From: the human T2T-CHM13v2.0 reference genome, Homo sapiens
Length of the DNA stretch: 64,000 bases
NCBI RefSeq assembly: GCF_009914755.1
Contig: NC_060941.1
Direction: 5' to 3' (one strand)
Shown piece after piece: positions 60,241-64,000 of this stretch (within the stretch, counting starts at the first letter, position 1; each line of letters starts with the position of its first letter). Under the pieces are notes generated by a model that saw only the letters and a program-made list of their open reading frames with translations, was not told the origin of the DNA and made no database searches. A program made the translations under genes and the position numbers.

Positions 60241-63054
60241 GTGCGGTGTTTTTGATTCGCACCATTTCCCGCCTCCTCTGGGCCTTTGTGTCTTCCTCGT
60301 CGTTGTCCTGGGCACCCCGGTCATCCTGGGTGCTCCTCGCCTGCTTCTGTCTGTTTCTGTTATGATGTTTCTCTGGTGTTTGGTCCCCGACCCTTTGGCT
60401 TCCTGACCTCTGTTTCTGTCTCTGTCTTTATCTATGCTCTTCTCTTGGTTTCCTCTCTCCCTGCTGCCGCCTTCTCCCTTGATTTTATCCCTGTCTCATC
60501 CCTTTCTTATTCTCTCTCCAAAACACTGAAATGTCCATGACTGCAAGTGCCACATGGATCAACCACCAGGTTAACCTACAGCTAAAGACTGCAAGGTGCA
60601 CCCTCTGGTTCTCACTTCTTTCCTAAGAGGATTAAAATGGAAGTGAGGAGAGTTCCCTCTGCGGAGCTGGACCTTGGAGGCCTCATACTCTACCCTAGGC
60701 GAGACTCATCCAGGAACTCATCTCCAGGCCCAGGAGAAAGGGCTGGCTTCAGGACCAAGCATTCCATAGGAAAGCTCCTCTCCCTGCCATCTAACTGCCT
60801 TCTGCCCACCCATAGGTCCTCTTGCACAGGAGGGCACACAGACCCCTACTCCCCTGTGGACCTAGGGCTGAGGTTCGCTGTGGTTTGGCTACAGCTGAGC
60901 AAATACTGTCTGTCTGCCTGCCAAGGCAGAGTCAACTCCCAGCTCTGAGGTTAGCAGGTTTCTCACCCTTTGAAGGACGGGGCCCACAGCAGCCTTCCTC
61001 TCCACTTGGTGGTCACCGGATTGGAGGAAGACCAGACCCTCACATCTTTCTGGGTTAGGCCCCAAACCACAGTCTGGAGAATGGAAGCCAGACCACGGCC
61101 CTCTAACAGCCACACTTGACCACTCACTCACTGCTTCGGCATTGAACTTTGAATTATGTTATCATCATTCCTATTACTATACCTAATTTTATAGCTGGTA
61201 GACAGGTAAACACTGTTCCTGACTGGAACTCAGATATCCACTTGTGGGCAAAGAATGGTCTCTCTTGCCCAACGATGATGTCTTGGCAATGACATCATCA
61301 TTGCCAAGGTGATGATGTCAATCATTCACCTTGATGTTGACTTTTGTCTTTGGGGCCTCACTTTCCCCATTGTAGAACAAAGGGCTTGGAATAGAAACCC
61401 CCTGGTCCCTCTCTGTTCTGAGCTTCCAGGAGCTATCACTCCACCATCAATGGGCCAACCCTTTCCTCTGGGAGGGGCAGATGACTTACACTCCCCGTGG
61501 AGCTGACCCTGCGCCGTCCCTGGTCTTGGTTATGATGATGATTTGGTATGTTTGTGTGTGTTTCCCTCCTGGACCAACCCCTGGGACTTCCGCCCTTCTG
61601 GTTCCTCTGCAAACATTTGTTTTCATCTTAGTCTATGGAACAAGACATCACTAAGGACCAGAGTGATGCAAAAGACAAAGGGGAGAAACACTCCTGGCCA
61701 CCCTGTCTAGTTCTTCCTGCTGGGCCAGGGGCTGCTTAGCACCGTCTCCAGCCTCAGGCCCTCAGCAGTCTCAGGGCTCGCCAGCTGCAGGTTAGGGAGC
61801 AGCTCAGAGGTTGGCCTACCTTTTCTTTGCCTCTTCAGGTGACACAGCTCAGGGGATGTCAGAACCAAGGGCCTGGAGAGCTCACACTCCACCCAACCCT
61901 CTCCTTTTGCAGATGAAAAACCCAAGGTCCAGAAAGGGGACGCAATGGCCATAGCAGCAGCAGAGCAGGGACTGAATCCCAAGGCTGATGACTTTGACTT
62001 CGGTGCTCCAGCATTCGTCTTCCCTGGATTTCTCAGCTCGCAGGCTCGATAACTCTCTTCTCTCCCCAGACTTGTTGGCAGGCAAGAGGAATAACTCATG
62101 TGAGTCAAAAGCAATTTGCAAACATAAATAATTTTCAATGCCAGGAGAGGAGACGGTGGGAAGATGCATGGAAGGTTGAGAGGAACACAGCCAGCCCCAA
62201 GTCTCCCTCGCCCTGCTGGGCACTTCCTCTTTCCACCTCGGCGCTGGTGGGAGAGTCGGAGTGCGCCATAAACAAGGCAGGAAACGGCTATCATGATGCT
62301 CACTTCCGCTCTTCCTAGAAGGGATTCTGCTCGGCAATCTCTCCACTCCCCACCCCCTGCCATGCACAGGATTTTGTACTCCCAGCTCCTCTGGAGGCTC
62401 AGAGGAGGAGATGGTCCTGCTGCACTGGCCCAGCCTTCCTCTACCTGGCTTGTCTTTTTCCTTGTCCTCAACCCCAAACAGCAAGTATCCTAACAAAGAA
62501 TGGATAGTACACTATTATTTTTGTGACATTCATCTCAGTGTCATATTCCAAAGGAGCTTGACATAATTGTCCTGTTCCTAATTTGGACACTGGTTTACGA
62601 AAGTGTGGTGACCACTGGAGACTGTTCTCTGACAGTGTAACAGGTATTCGCCCCTTTCCCCAGGGTACTAAGACTCACGTGGCCCTGACAGCCAGCACAG
62701 TCTCTTAGGAGGTTCCGGAGGGTGGCAGTGGGAATGAGCGTAGAGCCGTGTCATTTCGGAGGGCTGAGTGCGTTCCACACATCTTCCCAAAGCCCACCCC
62801 AAGAGGCTGTCTAACGCAGGGGGAAACAATGAGAAACCAGATACCATGGAATTAGCAAAGAATTTCTCAGATGAAACAGGAAAGGGAGGAAATCCAGAGG
62901 GGTTTACATTACACCTGGCTCAGGTTGAAAGGATTCAGGGCCAGTTGTTGGCAATATTAAACTCCAGGCTGCGTTTGAAAGGGTCCTTCACTCGGGCAGC
63001 CAAAGAGAGGCGTTCCTGCCAGGATAGGTTGCATCGCTGCAGATCTCCAGCCCT

Positions 63055-63326
63055 ACGTGCATACACACGTGCACACACACGTGTACACACACGTGCACAC
63101 ACATGTATGCACACACATGCATGCACACACATGTATGCACACACACGCATGCACACACACACACATGCACACATGCATGCATACATGCACACACGCGCGC
63201 ACACGTGTGCACGCACATGCATGCACACAGACACGCACACGCACACACATGCATGCACACACGCACACACATGCACACACACGCACACACGCATGCACAC
63301 ACACACATGCATGCACACACGTGCAT
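63055..63326. repeat. ~270-bp alternating purine-pyrimidine (CA/TGCA/CGTG) repeat
   Basis: Directly visible; gives rise to spurious HT/CV-repeat ORFs. Confidence 0.92.
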
Positions 63327-63637
63327 CTTGGATATCTCTTGTTAATGTCAGCCCTCTGCCCCAAACTAGATTTGAAAACTTGTAGGTAATCAAGTTTTCT
63401 GGTTAAGAGAAATAATCCCAGCCAACAGTTAGTAAGCTCTTATGTGTCAGGCCTTATCCAAACAGTTCACACGAAGACCAGATCCAAAAATAAAAGTGTG
63501 CTTTGTCCTCTGTGTGTTGCTGTGTGTGTGGGGGGGGGGTCACATGCACACCCACATCTCTGCCACCCTGAGTTGCGTGTTAAAGCTGCCTACGTAAGGG
63601 TAAAGTGGTTGCCATGCTGTTAGAAACGTGTAACATG

Positions 63638-63984
<347 letters not shown>

Positions 63985-64000
63985 TCAACCATGAGCCTCT

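Noticed and set aside
62768-63393. His/Thr- and Cys/Val-rich ORFs
   Set aside because: Translations of the CA/TG microsatellite

Overview
Human/primate genomic DNA containing two convergent Polycomb PRC1 chromobox genes; from recognition of the proteins this is the 17q25.3 CBX cluster. CBX2 is on the + strand: 5 coding exons from ATG 14062 to TGA 20867 give 532 aa, and an intron-4 read-through isoform gives 211 aa. CBX8 is on the - strand: 5 coding exons from ATG 32823 to TGA 30460 give 389 aa. Both flanks (1-9.7 kb and 56.4-64 kb) are packed with Alu, L1, THE1/MLT LTR and other repeats. The central ~47 kb holds only one Alu and a chain of CpG islands. I found no prokaryotic-type system, RNA gene or new long protein-coding gene; the many long ORFs are GC-rich or Alu shadow frames. 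The most interesting observations are regulatory. (1) The one central Alu inserted, with TSDs, inside the polypyrimidine tract of the last CBX2 acceptor and carries a ready-made cryptic exon that would give a Pc-box-less CBX2. (2) A strong-Kozak 40-codon uORF overlaps the CBX8 start. (3) CBX8 intron 1 has a dense TGCA/UGCAUG cluster just upstream of exon 2. (4) An orphan CpG island has two inverted, helically phased CArG boxes with an adjacent ETS site. (5) There is an OCT-SOX/octamer inverted pair. (6) An L1PA2-like fragment is nested in an Alu TSD. Repeat coordinates and family calls are by eye and approximate.
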